Origin: Epiperipatus broadwayi | Taxonomy: Eukaryota > Animalia > Onychophora | Assembly (NCBI GenBank): GCA_028023455.1 | Contig: JAQFVV010000008.1 | Location: 15,624,001 to 15,688,000, forward strand | Length of the DNA stretch: 64,000 nucleotides | Reading direction: 5' to 3' | Part shown: positions 1 to 11,255 of the stretch, one piece after another | Layout: each line of letters begins with the position of its first letter | How positions within the stretch are numbered: position 1 is the stretch's first letter | The notes under the pieces: generated by a model | Database searches by the model: none | The model's input: the letters and a program-made list of their open reading frames with translations, nothing else | What the model was told of the DNA's origin: nothing | Made by a program: the position numbers and the translations under genes

Positions 1-99
1 AACTATAGCATATATTTATTTTCCACCCTTACTCCATATTATTAATGATAACAAAATCATCTGTTACAATTGTGTAAGATTTTATATTACACTGCCATT

Positions 100-850
100 G
101 TTGGCTGGCTTTTGCCCTACACAATTTTTTTAAATGCTCTTTTAGGTTACACTTATGACATCTTTTATCTAGAAATATGTGTCAAACTTTGCCACAGCAA
201 AAACACTTAATTCTTTTGCTTGTGCTCTTGCTTTCCCCCCATTCTTTCAATGTTTTCCCAACTGCAGTTTTCTCATTATCATTTTTAAAGCAAGCTTCTT
301 GTTGTATTATAAACTTGTGAGCTATACTCTTCTTGATAGCTGATTCGAAGTTTAAATCTGTATCAGACAGCAGATTTTTTCTCAGACTATTATCAAGCAG
401 ACCCCATAATAACTGATCTAACAATATCTCATCAACATAATTTCCATATAAAAAATATTTTGCAAATTGTCTCAATGCCAAACCATATTCTTTTACAGAT
501 TCTCCCTTGCATTGACTTCTATTTTTTAGAGACAACCTGGCTACATGTTTAGATTGATAGGAGCTAAATTGGTCACTTAATTTTTTACTATATCCCTCAT
601 ACACTACCAAATCCTTTATGGGTAAGTCAAAATACTTATTTATTATATCAATTACCCTTATGCCTGATAGACACATCAACTCTGATGTCTTTCTCTTTTT
701 GTCCTCAATCCCATTGAGCAAGAAAAATTTTTCAAGCCGAGTAGTGTAGAGAGGCTATTCTTTAACATCACTAACATCAAATTCAGTTACTACAGACTGT
801 TCTAACATTTTTTTATAATTATTCACCTAAACAACCCTACTTCGACTAAA
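100..850 (-). pseudogene. gag: Decayed gag of a Mag/K02A2.6-type Ty3/gypsy element (element 1), running off the window edge
   Basis: ORF 182-721 (ESVKEYGLALRQFAKYFLYGNYVDEILLDQLLWGL...CFCCGKV) aligns by eye with ORF 47617-48642 (EKIKEYDIGLREMARPCLYGKYLEEALLEQLLFGI...CFRCRK). A frameshift in the A-run near 722-730 separates it from the upstream PLYTTRLEKF segment; a second knuckle remnant lies at about 110-180. Confidence 0.8.
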
Positions 851-882
851 CCACTATTATATGAAATCCTTGTTTTGGACCA

Positions 883-911
883 GGGTTCGAATACAACTGC
901 TAACTGCACCA
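883..911 (-). promoter_or_regulatory. Primer-binding site of element 1 (tRNA-Ser-like)
   Basis: Minus strand TGGTGCAGTTAGCAGTTGTATTCGAACCC, 4 nt after the LTR end ...TGAATACACAACA; resembles the complement of a tRNA-Ser 3' end (TGGCGCAGTCGGCAGGATTCGAACC). Confidence 0.7.
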
Positions 912-915
912 GATT

Positions 916-1443
916 TGTTGTGTATTCAACTATGAAGCTGATTGCCAACAATTATTACAAACTTATTATCTACAAGGAAACAACATTAATATAGATTAGA
1001 CAATATTTATTTACAAATATATACGCATTATTATAAACATATAGTTAACCGGTTTAACCCAGTATCAGTTCCAGCATTGTTTAATTTACAAACACAATCA
1101 GTTGAGTCCTTGATTTTAAGTTCTAAACACTCAATGATAATATAACCAACTTAACTGCACTTCCACTCTACTAATGATGGATCTAAGTGAATAACTAAAG
1201 TTTATATTCACAATTTCCTTTATGCACAATTCTATTTGGGCCTTATCAGGTGTCCGCAAATAATATGACTGGTGCGGTCTGATAAGTTTTCTAACTGACT
1301 GGGCACAGACTCTGGGAATACCTTCCTTGATGCAGAAAAGTTGGTTTGGTATAATTTTCCCTCAGCTTTGTTCTCTAAGTTAATCCCCGAAACAGCAACC
1401 ATAACAGCATTATGATGAGTAATGAAAAACTGATACAAAGACA
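916..1443 (-). repeat. 5' LTR of element 1
   Basis: Ends TGAATACACAACA, like the element-2 LTR ends (TGAATACATAACA at 43068, TGAATGCACAACA at 45587), and is followed by the PBS. The start (TGTCTTTGTA at 1443) is inferred from similarity to TGTGTTTGTA and is less certain. Confidence 0.55.
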
Positions 1444-1789
1444 CTTGTTCTTTTCACACTAATTATACTTTTTTTCTCCAGCTTAATATCCACTAATATA
1501 ATTATTAACATTCCAGTAGAATATGGAAAAAATCCATTAGATGAATTACAATAAGGTAGCTACAATCCATTAGACTAATGCGTCTTTACAACAATTATCA
1601 TCTAGCATTTAATTTGTGTACATTCACATTCCTTTCACTTGTAATTAGTGCTTTAGATATATATTCCTTTGTTTGTTTCATTAAAAATACCTTAATGTTT
1701 AAATTTAAACAGTAACAGTTTTTTCTGTATTTAAAAAATCTATATCATTATAATTCACAACTCAGTTTATCTTTCAGCAATGTTTTGTG

Positions 1790-2622
1790 CATTTCTTTTA
1801 ACCTGCAACCTCTATCTAAAATAAAGTTTCCGTTATTTTTCAGCAATCTTCTTTACATTGCTTTTAGAACTTAAATATCTTTTAACATCTAAATTTCCTT
1901 TTAACTAATAGCAATTTTTTTTATTGCTTATAAAACTTACTATCTCTATTTATTATTAAATTTCCATTACTATTTTTCTCTGGAGTACAAACTAGCTTTA
2001 TAACCTATATCCATACAGTTACTAAAACCATCTCTTGTCTTAACCCCAATATTCATGTTATTATACTTTATTGAATGTTTTGAAGTTGCTATACTGTTCT
2101 TAAGTTTCCAAGGCCTAGGTCCATATATGGTAAAACATGACTCTTAAAAAAACCTTTTCAAACATGAATGTATTCTCTGTCAATATTATTTTTACCAAAA
2201 CCATTCCAAAGTTTATGTCTAATTCCATCTATTGTTTCTATCTATATTCATAATTTTGATTATATAAAAATTATGTATTGTTGACTGCTCTGTATTTTAC
2301 CATATATTGGTTATTGTTCATTAAATTAATGATAACTATTGTAATATTTCCTGCAGCTTTGAAACAAAAATATGTGCAAAAACTAGATGGTTTTAAAAAG
2401 TTTTCCTATTACTAATTTCAACAGCATGTAAATAACTTTTACTACTGTAATATCATAAGTTTTCTTGTATTTTTATTTCTTTGGTTTTCATTTTAATCAA
2501 CAAAAAAAAAAAAAAAGAATGGCTGTAAAAAGATATGGAAATAATGCTAATCTTCTCATTGTCATTATATAATGTAATCACTATTGTTGCATTCTAATAA
2601 ATATTTTTCATTATATATATAT
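1790..2622 (-). mobile_element. Decayed RTE-clade LINE, 3' part (continues at 16079 beyond the gypsy insertion)
   Basis: Minus-strand blocks match the intact RTE at 24083-26567, e.g. TCAAAGCTGCAGGAAATATTAC vs TCAGAGCTGCAGGAAATGTTGC and ATGTTTGAAAAGGTTTTTTAAGAGTCATGTTTTACC vs GTGTTTGAAAAGAATGGTTTTTAACAAATGTGTTTTACC; no ORF remains. Confidence 0.75.
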
Positions 2623-4503
2623 TGAGCCTGATTGATTTCCAATTCAATGGTTTTATTGCTAAAATTAAAAAGGGAAAACAACTTCATTTTCATTAAATGT
2701 CTAATGCTAAATTTTTTTTATTATTATTTCAAAACACATACGCATTTATATTTTAAAATAGATTATTTAATGTTTATAAAATTGATTTAGAATAGTTTAC
2801 TTTCACTACTTTGTTTATAAAATTGATTTAAAAATACTTTACTTTCACTGCCTGTTTTAATCAAAAAGCTTGCTAATTATATATTCCTGTTGCTTGTATT
2901 TTTAATCATTTTTAAAGTTAATTCTAAAAGTCTAAAAGCGGAGATCTAGTTTTGTATTTGTTATTTTGGATACCCAATAATCCCTGGTTGGAATTCTTAA
3001 ATTAGATTGAGCGGGAAATTAATATTTGCCCTGCAGGAGCTATAGAATTAGAGACTAATGAAAGTTTTTCGCGGGAAATGTAGCAAGGCAAGGATAGCCC
3101 GCCAATTTTTGAGGAGAGAAGAGATGCATTATTGGAGACACACTTGGATTATCGACTGCTAAGAGTCAGATGGTTTTGAATAGCTGTTCAGACATTTAAT
3201 TGCCTGCTAAAAACAAATAATTATTGACAAACTTCGTTGCTGTGCAAGATGTCAAAATCTACCGCTATAGGTTTTGCCATCATTAGAATGTCTTGCTAAT
3301 TTAAACAAAGGATGGACCCACGCCTACCAGCTCTCCTTCAGTCATGCCATGAGCCTCTAAAATAGACACTGCCTCTATCTTGCCGCTGTCAAAGGCCCTG
3401 AAAGATGAACTATTATCAAAAGTGCGCACTTGTCACCAAATCACTAAGACTCTACCTTACCATAAGCTAAACTTTTTCCTATTCTAGCCAGGGTAAATAA
3501 ATTGCATTTAATTAAATCTCCGCTCAATCTAATGATAAATATGTTTTAAAATGGTATTGTTTTTTTTTTAATTATTTATTATCTGTATGTACTCTTTTCT
3601 AGTATTTAAAGTGTGTCTTGGAATCTTAGCTTTAAGATTCCAAGTTTGTTTGCAATTTTCGTTTATCAGGGAGTGCATAAGGTGATTGTATTTTATATGT
3701 TTAATATATAGCTGGTTATTTCGTTAACTATTACAAAACACATTGGCAGTTTTCATAACCTATATTTATTTACCTGCCCTTAGTTGTACAATAAAGAATC
3801 GGTGCACCAAAAAATCTTTAAACATGTTTCGTTTGCGCTGTTTGTGCAAACAACAAAATCTTTTTGCTGGCTATTTGTCAAGTTATTTCTCCGGGTTGTC
3901 TGAAAATAGTCTATTTCTTTCTGGATTATGTAAGATCGTAATCAAATATCTGTTGCTGTCTTGTGGGTGAGATCAACCACATTTACTTTGAATGTAGTAT
4001 TACGCACAGCAGTCCTGCGGCATTTTAACGACAGTAATTAGAATATTACTGCTCAGACGTTCGCGCTGGTACGTTGGTTTCCAGCAGGACAGTAACTGTT
4101 TTATTATCCCTGATTCAGGAAGCTAAAGTTGTTGTTTGTTTTGTAATTTTACAACTGGCCAGCAAGAAGATATTTTCCTAACCATTTCTTCTATTTTAAG
4201 TGAGATAATTTTGTTGCCAAGGTGTTTTATGCCTTCATGTTTGTCGTACTCTTGTGCACTCTCTGGTAAATACGCGTATGTTACTATAAGCCACTTTTGT
4301 ATTCGTGGCTAGATGTCTTCCCTCTATTGCACAACTTTTAATAAAATTAATAAATTGTTTAAACTTAATTTGGCTGACGTTTGTCTTTGTGCTTTGATTT
4401 CTCAACTGTCTAAATAATATTTAAGATATCTTGTTCCTCCCTGAGTGTAGTTCGGTGCCTTTTGATTCGCATATCCTGTCCACCCTAAAATAAATGTCTA
4501 GTT

Positions 4504-7500
4504 GTGATGTGATGTGATGTATTATGGCTTCTCCTTAAACGAAGTCAAGAAAATCTCAGCAATTAAGCCCAGATAAACCTGTTAGCCACTTTCTTTTACA
4601 TTCCCCACTCTAAATTTACCCATAATCTGCTCTATCCCATTTCCACAACATAATTTTTGTCAACTCTATAGCCTTTATATCTAAATCCCCCTTATCTTTT
4701 CCCAAACCTAGCATAAAAACCAATAATTCACTTTCTGTATAATCACTCTTTTCATATTTATTTTTCCACAACTTCATTATATGTACCCTTTCTGTTTTCA
4801 AACATTTACATTCAATTAACAAATGCCTAATATTTTCAATTCCTTCCTTACATAATTTACAAAATAAATCACCCATATTTTTCCATTTACATGTATATTC
4901 TTTTGTAGCTAAAGATCCCGTTCGAGCCTTAAACAATAAACTACTTTCCTTACTATTATCATATATTAACTCACACCTAATATTCTGTTTATTTCTATAT
5001 ATATTTAAACTCTTTTTACTCTCCATACTATTTCTCCATCTCTCTAACTCCCTAGTCTTTATTAATAAATTTATTCTTTTATCCCATTCCTTACTACTAT
5101 AACACTCAATAATCCTCTTAACACAATCATCCCATCTTTTGTACAAATATACTGATATAAATTCTTTATCCAAATCTTTTGCATACCGCATTACCTTTCT
5201 CACCCATCTTGTTACCTGCCCTTTACTCATAACCCAATTAAATACTATTTTAGCTATTCTTTTATTATCCATAAACTGCAATCTACCAAACATTTTCATT
5301 TTACTTTTTGCATCTCTCATATGAAAACTTGACCATCCCATTTCTCCTTGAATTGCCTCCCTTGCTGTCCATACTTCTGCATCCAATGCATGTCTTCCTA
5401 CTTCCCTTTGAGTTTTTTCTAAATAATCTAATATCTTTTTACTAACATATAATGCATCATTACCATATGTTAACCCTGCTACTGCAACTCCTTTCCATAT
5501 AATTCTAGCTACATCATATTTATTATATGAAAATACTGTTAATTTCTTTATCAATCCCTTTCTTTTCTTTGCTTCATTTATCAATTTTTTCTCCCATTCA
5601 TCCAAATAATTTTTCTGATTACTTAAAATAATTCCCAAATAACTATATCTATTCACCACACTTAACTTAATATCTCCCAATAAAAATTCTACATCTTCTC
5701 TTTCCTCAGTATTAACCATCATTATATTTGATTTTTCTTCACTAAATTTAATCCCCATCTCTTTACCCACCCTTGCACATGTCCTCAACATAACTTCCAT
5801 ATCTTCTCTTTTTTCTGCACACAAAAATATATCATCTGCAAAAAAAAGACCTGACAAAATATATACTCCCTTACTACCTATTAACGGTATCTCTATCCCT
5901 CTTCCTAATCTTTCTATTGCTCTTTCCATTTCACTCAAATACAACACAAACAAAATAGGTGACATAGGGCATCCTTGCCTTAGTCCCACACCATTTTTAA
6001 CTTTAATTGATTCTATATTCTCTAATTGATATATATAATAATTATTTTCATATAATTTCTTAATAATATCTATTAAAGCTTCATCCATTCCCAAATTTGC
6101 TAAACTTATCCATAATCTATTTCTATTTACTCTATCATATGCCTTCTCTATATCTATAAAACTCATATATAACTGTTTATCTGCATTCCTACTCATATCC
6201 ATAAGTTGTGTAACTACAAATAAACTATCTCCTATACGCCTATCTAATCTAAAACCTCCTTGCATTTCACCCACTACATTATTCCCTTCCATCCATTTTA
6301 CAACTTTACTAGCCACCATATACGAGAAAACTTTATATAAAACTGATGTTACCGCTATCGGTCTATAATTATTCAACTTTCTATGATCCTTACCCTTTCC
6401 TTTAAATAATAACCTTACTCTTGTATTACTCCAACTACTTGGGAAAACTCTATTATGTGCCATTTTATTAAAACAGGATAATAACTTTACTTTTGCCCTA
6501 TATCCTAAATTCATTACCATCTCTGCTGCCCATCCATCTAAACCTCTTGCCTTCCCACTTTTCAATTTCTTCTCTACCTCATTTAGTTCATTTTCTGAAA
6601 AACTAATATTCCCATTACTATATTCTTTCATATTTTCTAATATTCTATCATTCACATTTAACATCTTTTCTATATTCATTACATAACTATTTAAGATTCT
6701 CTCTAAATCTTCTCTAGAACTACACTCAGTTCCCTCATCATCTAGTAATACTAACTCTCTCTCCCCTACATTTCTCCTTTTAATATAATTCCAAAATTTT
6801 TTACTTCCATCTCTTCCACTTTTATTAATATCCTCCAACAATTTACTATTCAATTTCATTCTCTCTCTATAAATATCTATTTTAGCCAACTTCTTCTTTT
6901 CTAAGTACTTTTCCCATTTAGCATTAATATCTTTTTCACTTTTCTTATTCTTAATAGCACACTTATATTCTCTACATGCTTCTTTCCTTTCTTTTACACT
7001 TTTACTAATTTTAATTTTTTTATTACTTTTATTCTTTTCAATATTCTCACCTAAAACCCTATTTACAACTTTTTCTACTTCCTTACACCAATCCTTATAC
7101 TCATCCCCAACCCACTCTTCCATTATTTCTTCAACTTGTATTTTATACTCTTCCAACTTATTCTTATCATTTACTCTCCATCCACATCTTTCACTATTAT
7201 TTCTACTTTTATTTCTATTCTCCATCACATTACTAACCATTTCAATTACAATGAAATTATGATCACTAGTGCATACTTTTTCTTCATTATCAAAAACCTT
7301 AATTTTCCGTATTTTATTTATTCCCTCTTTCTCTACCAATACATAATCTATTGTGTGAAATATATTATTTCTGGACCATGTGTATTGTCCCTCATAAATA
7401 TTTAATAAATTTCCAATACTCAAATTCACTTTCTGACAAAAATTCTTCAAAAGCTGTCCATTTTTATTATCTACATCATCAATTTCTTCAATATGTCCAT

Positions 7501-7632
7501 TCATATCCCCTATAACCATTATTCTCTTCCCCTTTTCTTTAAAACTTTGTATATCCTTAACTAAACATTCGTATATGTTACTATTCCACTCCAATATAAT
7601 TTGACTATCTCCAGTAGCTATATAAACTATAG
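4504..7632 (-). mobile_element. 5'-truncated non-LTR retrotransposon nested in the gypsy 5' LTR
   Basis: Absent from the 3' LTR; (CATCA)n-type 3' tail (plus strand GTGATGTGATGTGATGT at 4504-4520); ~110-nt 3' UTR; no clear TSD. Confidence 0.95.
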
Positions 7633-7633
7633 C
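4616..7633 (-). CDS. LINE ORF2: partial APE endonuclease, reverse transcriptase and C-terminal zinc knuckle (frame open up to the 5' truncation point)
   Basis: Endonuclease motifs GDMNGH, TIDY, SDH; RT motifs NYRPIAV, FIDIEKAYD, GLRQGCPMSPILF, LFFADD; CKLCKEGIENIRHLLIEC knuckle. The frame stays open 13 codons upstream of the tracked start (AIVYIATGDSQII). Clade not assignable by eye. Confidence 0.93.
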   Translation of the reverse strand, partial: AIVYIATGDSQIILEWNSNIYECLVKDIQSFKEKGKRIMVIGDMNGHIEEIDDVDNKNGQLLKNFCQKVNLSIGNLLNIYEGQYTWSRNNIFHTIDYVLVEKEGINKIRKIKVFDNEEKVCTSDHNFIVIEMVSNVMENRNKSRNNSERCGWRVNDKNKLEEYKIQVEEIMEEWVGDEYKDWCKEVEKVVNRVLGENIEKNKSNKKIKISKSVKERKEACREYKCAIKNKKSEKDINAKWEKYLEKKKLAKIDIYRERMKLNSKLLEDINKSGRDGSKKFWNYIKRRNVGERELVLLDDEGTECSSREDLERILNSYVMNIEKMLNVNDRILENMKEYSNGNISFSENELNEVEKKLKSGKARGLDGWAAEMVMNLGYRAKVKLLSCFNKMAHNRVFPSSWSNTRVRLLFKGKGKDHRKLNNYRPIAVTSVLYKVFSYMVASKVVKWMEGNNVVGEMQGGFRLDRRIGDSLFVVTQLMDMSRNADKQLYMSFIDIEKAYDRVNRNRLWISLANLGMDEALIDIIKKLYENNYYIYQLENIESIKVKNGVGLRQGCPMSPILFVLYLSEMERAIERLGRGIEIPLIGSKGVYILSGLFFADDIFLCAEKREDMEVMLRTCARVGKEMGIKFSEEKSNIMMVNTEEREDVEFLLGDIKLSVVNRYSYLGIILSNQKNYLDEWEKKLINEAKKRKGLIKKLTVFSYNKYDVARIIWKGVAVAGLTYGNDALYVSKKILDYLEKTQREVGRHALDAEVWTAREAIQGEMGWSSFHMRDAKSKMKMFGRLQFMDNKRIAKIVFNWVMSKGQVTRWVRKVMRYAKDLDKEFISVYLYKRWDDCVKRIIECYSSKEWDKRINLLIKTRELERWRNSMESKKSLNIYRNKQNIRCELIYDNSKESSLLFKARTGSLATKEYTCKWKNMGDLFCKLCKEGIENIRHLLIECKCLKTERVHIMKLWKNKYEKSDYTESELLVFMLGLGKDKGDLDIKAIELTKIMLWKWDRADYG

Positions 7634-7715
7634 CTATTTTCGGACTAGTGGCGCCCCCAGGGTCAGTATATGCGAATCTCAAAGATCTTTCTCCCGTTAC
7701 ATATATAGTAATTTT

Positions 7716-7735
7716 TGGCGCATCATCGTGGAGCT
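7716..7735 (+). promoter_or_regulatory. Primer-binding site, degenerate tRNA-Lys(CUU)-like
   Basis: TGGCGCATCATCGTGGAGCT vs the tRNA-Lys(CUU) complement TGGCGCCCAACGTGGGGCT; lies 14 nt after the LTR CA. Confidence 0.6.
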
Positions 7736-8314
7736 TCCGAGTTTTCAAACCCATGTGAGATTTTGTTTAGACGGTTGAGAAAGATTTCATGTAAGTGGCA
7801 AGATCTAGTCAGTAGAGGTTCGATTTTTGTTAATTATTGCATGTATTGTTGGAGCAGTTTGGTAGAACGGGGTTTTGTCTTTTTCATATGACATAAATAA
7901 ATAAACAATAAATAGCATATTTTCTAAAAAAAGTCTGTCGGAGTTAATTTTTTTTGAAGAGTTAAATATATATAGTTTGTCTTTTTCATATGACAACTAA
8001 TTAATAAATAGAAAGTAGCGTTGTATTCATTTTTAGATTAATTAAAAAAAAAAGAAAAATATTTCATTCGTCTTTTCATATGAAATAATTAATAAACAGT
8101 AAACTGTGTTTGCTTTCGTAGCTAAAGTTTTATTTTAAAATAGCAAAATGAATATTGGGAAGTCTCTTGTGACAAATAAATAGTTAAATAGCGTTTTTCT
8201 TTTAGATTGATTGGCAAAGTTAGTGTTAAATAAATAGTAAGAGGCATTGTTTTCTAAGACTGACAGTAAAAGCAAAAATATATATAAATAAATGAGCTGT
8301 CAAAGAGTGCCGAG

Positions 8315-9352
8315 ATGGGAGGGCAAATTTATAAGGAAGTTGAAAATAGGCAAAGTAAACTTAAAAGTACAAGATTGATCCAGATAAAAGTTTTCAGGGC
8401 AGATAATTGGGAAAGTCCAGCTGTGCATCTTGAAAGCCTTCAACAAGTGTTTCAGTTTCACGAATGGAATGAACAAGAAAAGATTGCAGTGGCTTATAAT
8501 CATTTGAATGGTGTGGCTGTAGATTGGTGGCATACTTTAAGTGTAAAGCCACAGACATTTAGGGAGTATGGATATGCCATCATGCACAGTTTTTGGAGTG
8601 AAGAGAAACAATATTGCATCTTTAGAAGAGTTTTGCAGCAAGCATATTCCAAAGAGGATGGAGGAACTTATATGCAGTTTTTCTGTAGTCAAGCCGCCTT
8701 GCTTAAGTCGTTGACGACATTGTCTTTGCCAGAAAGCCAGATAATCTCAATAATAAGAAACAATATGCCAGTGGCGATACAACAAGCCATGTTGATTAAT
8801 TATAAAATGTGTATAGAAGAAATAATAACATTATTGACAGAGATTGATTATAGTAGGGATAGAATAGAGAAGGAAAACATACTCAATGGAGATGGGGGAA
8901 CAGTATCCAATGTGGTGGTGGATAAAGATGAACCGACATTAGTTGGAGCCAACCAGACTTGTCCCATCATAACTATAAAAATTGGATCCGTCACAGCACA
9001 GGCTTTAATTGATTCAGGGAGTCAGATGTCCCTGATTTCCAGTCACTTTTATTCACAGTTAAAACAACAAACTCACCTATATACATTGCCTCTAAAGAGA
9101 CTGCAAGTTACATTGGCTAATGGTAAAAAGGCAAATGTAGAGACAAAGCAGGTTTGGATCCAGCTTCATCTGGGAAACATGGAAGTGGATCAAGTCTTTT
9201 TGATAATGCCTGGGTTGATACAGGATGTCATAGTGGGAACAGATTTTCTTCATCAGCATAAATGTGTGCTTGATTATGGTCAATGCATATTTCAGTGTAG
9301 AGAAAGCATAATGCCCCTGGAGGGATTAAAAAAGTATCAGTCCTTACTTTAA
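8315..9352 (+). CDS. gag-pro: Gag capsid domain fused in frame to a retropepsin protease
   Basis: HLNGVAVDWW...FWSEEKQ capsid-like segment, then ALIDSGSQMSLIS (catalytic DSG) and DVIVGTDFL; no CCHC knuckle seen. Confidence 0.85.
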   Translation: MGGQIYKEVENRQSKLKSTRLIQIKVFRADNWESPAVHLESLQQVFQFHEWNEQEKIAVAYNHLNGVAVDWWHTLSVKPQTFREYGYAIMHSFWSEEKQYCIFRRVLQQAYSKEDGGTYMQFFCSQAALLKSLTTLSLPESQIISIIRNNMPVAIQQAMLINYKMCIEEIITLLTEIDYSRDRIEKENILNGDGGTVSNVVVDKDEPTLVGANQTCPIITIKIGSVTAQALIDSGSQMSLISSHFYSQLKQQTHLYTLPLKRLQVTLANGKKANVETKQVWIQLHLGNMEVDQVFLIMPGLIQDVIVGTDFLHQHKCVLDYGQCIFQCRESIMPLEGLKKYQSLL

Positions 9353-11255
9353 TGGGCTATAACTTTTACCATGTCTTATTCGACGTTGGTGAACTTAACT
9401 AAATGATATAGATTTCAAGAAGTGGACCAAAGAGCCTAACCGACGACTGGATGGAATTTCTATGGCTGTTTAGTCGCCATAACACCTGTAGGTAATAGTT
9501 AATTATTACCCACCAAAGCGAATTCTTAGGCAAGTATCGTTTACTTGACGCAAATTTTAAATATTGCGTAATGAGAATTTAAGACTAATGAATAAAATTT
9601 TCGGTAGCCCTGGTATCTTGAATAAAATCTAAATATCAAAAAAAAAATGTCTATGGGAGAATATATTTATGAGCGTCACTTTATCAATGACCTCAAGCGC
9701 CAAACCCACTATTAGAATGAGAATTATATTTCCTGATTAATGAAGTGCCCGACTCAAGCTAACTCACTCCCAGGGTGGGGAGAAAAACCTATCAGATGAA
9801 TGGCGTTAACAATAAATATATATATATAGGTTGTACTTAACTGAAAATATACTATTATATATCCACTTACCTCGGACATATTTGAATTATTGGAATTTAT
9901 TTAGCGAATGAAGTGATAAAAAAATATGTAAACCATAATTATTAAATAATTCTCACGCAAAGATAAATTTGTATTAAAATTTATTATTACTTTCTCATTG
10001 CTATCTATGGAAATAAACTCTTATCCTTCCCCTCTAAAACATATAGTCAGTTCCCCAAATTATGAATGAAACGATATAACAGTAAATTTAAAATAAACAC
10101 ATTAATTTTTATATATAAGAAAAAAATGTTTACTATACAATTGTGCGCAATAATATTATGTTATAAAATGATTTAAGAAAGTTATTGTTTTTGAGGGTAG
10201 CCATAAACAATGTTGAGAGACATAAAACAGAGTTCACTTTACCTGACGAAAACCCCGGGGTCTGGGATCCGAATGTAACGAGGCATATCAAATGGATTTC
10301 TGCTATCCGGTAGTATTTGGAGTAGTTTTATGAAAGCGCGAAGATATAATTTTTTTCCTGACGAGTCCGATGTTTAAATTGCCATGAGTAATGTTGGAGT
10401 CGTAGTTGAAGTCTTGTTTAATGTAACTTTCAAATTAACTGAATTTATATTTTTCTATGTACGAGTCCTTTCTATTTCTTTTCTGTTCCACTATCTCTAA
10501 TATTCACTAGGTTCCAAGGTTCTTTGGTGGCAGGCGGCTTCTGGTCAGTTCGCATCGGCTATGGGTGAGTAAACCCTTTACGTAAGGTTTTTACCCCGTC
10601 ATGTTATATATATCTTCTATAGCTTTTTAAGTCTATCTCTCTCAATGGTCAAGATCTAACTGAAATCACTCTTTTTTATTTCCCAAATTCCCCTCAATAA
10701 TTCATTTCTTTTTCTAATTAATTTTCATTTCTCATACAAAGGAAATTTTCTTATCGGATCTTCAATCTAAGTCTTTTTCTTTGAATAGTTTTGCCTTTCC
10801 AAATTACTTTTCTTTCTTTAAATTTTCATTTCCATTGTTTTGGTCAAACACTCTCCGGCTTTTTCTTGGAATTTTATTTTCGTAGTAATTAGCAATTGTG
10901 ATTTCAACATAAAACTGCTTGAAGGCACAAACAACATTCCCCTTTCGCTACCCTCATTAATTTTAAATATAATTAAACTTAAATCAATAAACAATATATA
11001 ACATATTTGCACATAACTGTAATTTTGTTAATTTGTACTATTTTAAAAGTAAAACATTCTAAATAAATAATGTTTACTAATTAATCCCTTCCCCATTTAT
11101 TTAAAAAAAAAAATACTAACGAAAAAGAGTTTAAAATTTATTTCACACACATATATATATGAATAACTATATATATTTTAACTCTTTGTCGCCCGCTTGA
11201 ATATATGCTGGTATTTGAGGGTAATGCGTACGTGCTTTTCACCTTCTTGTAACAG

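Larger units (their letters stand above)
2623..7701 (+). repeat. 5' LTR (2623-4503 plus 7633-7701), interrupted by a LINE
   Basis: TGAGCCTGATTGATTTCC start matches 14134. Identity runs to ...ATGTCTAGTT (4503), resumes at CCTATTTTCGGACTAGTGGCGCCCCC (7633) and ends CCCGTTACA (7701). Confidence 0.93.

Noticed and set aside
3743-3970. 75-aa ORF inside the 5' LTR
   Set aside because: The equivalent region of the 3' LTR carries a 16-bp deletion that shifts the frame; no recognisable domain.
5139-7405. Plus-strand ORFs 5139-5324 and 7136-7405
   Set aside because: Antisense shadows of the LINE ORF2; low-complexity I/L/F content with no motifs.
10243-10375. Two CTGACGA boxes (10243, 10358) resembling hammerhead cores
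   Set aside because: Neither is followed by a closing stem II plus GAAA box.
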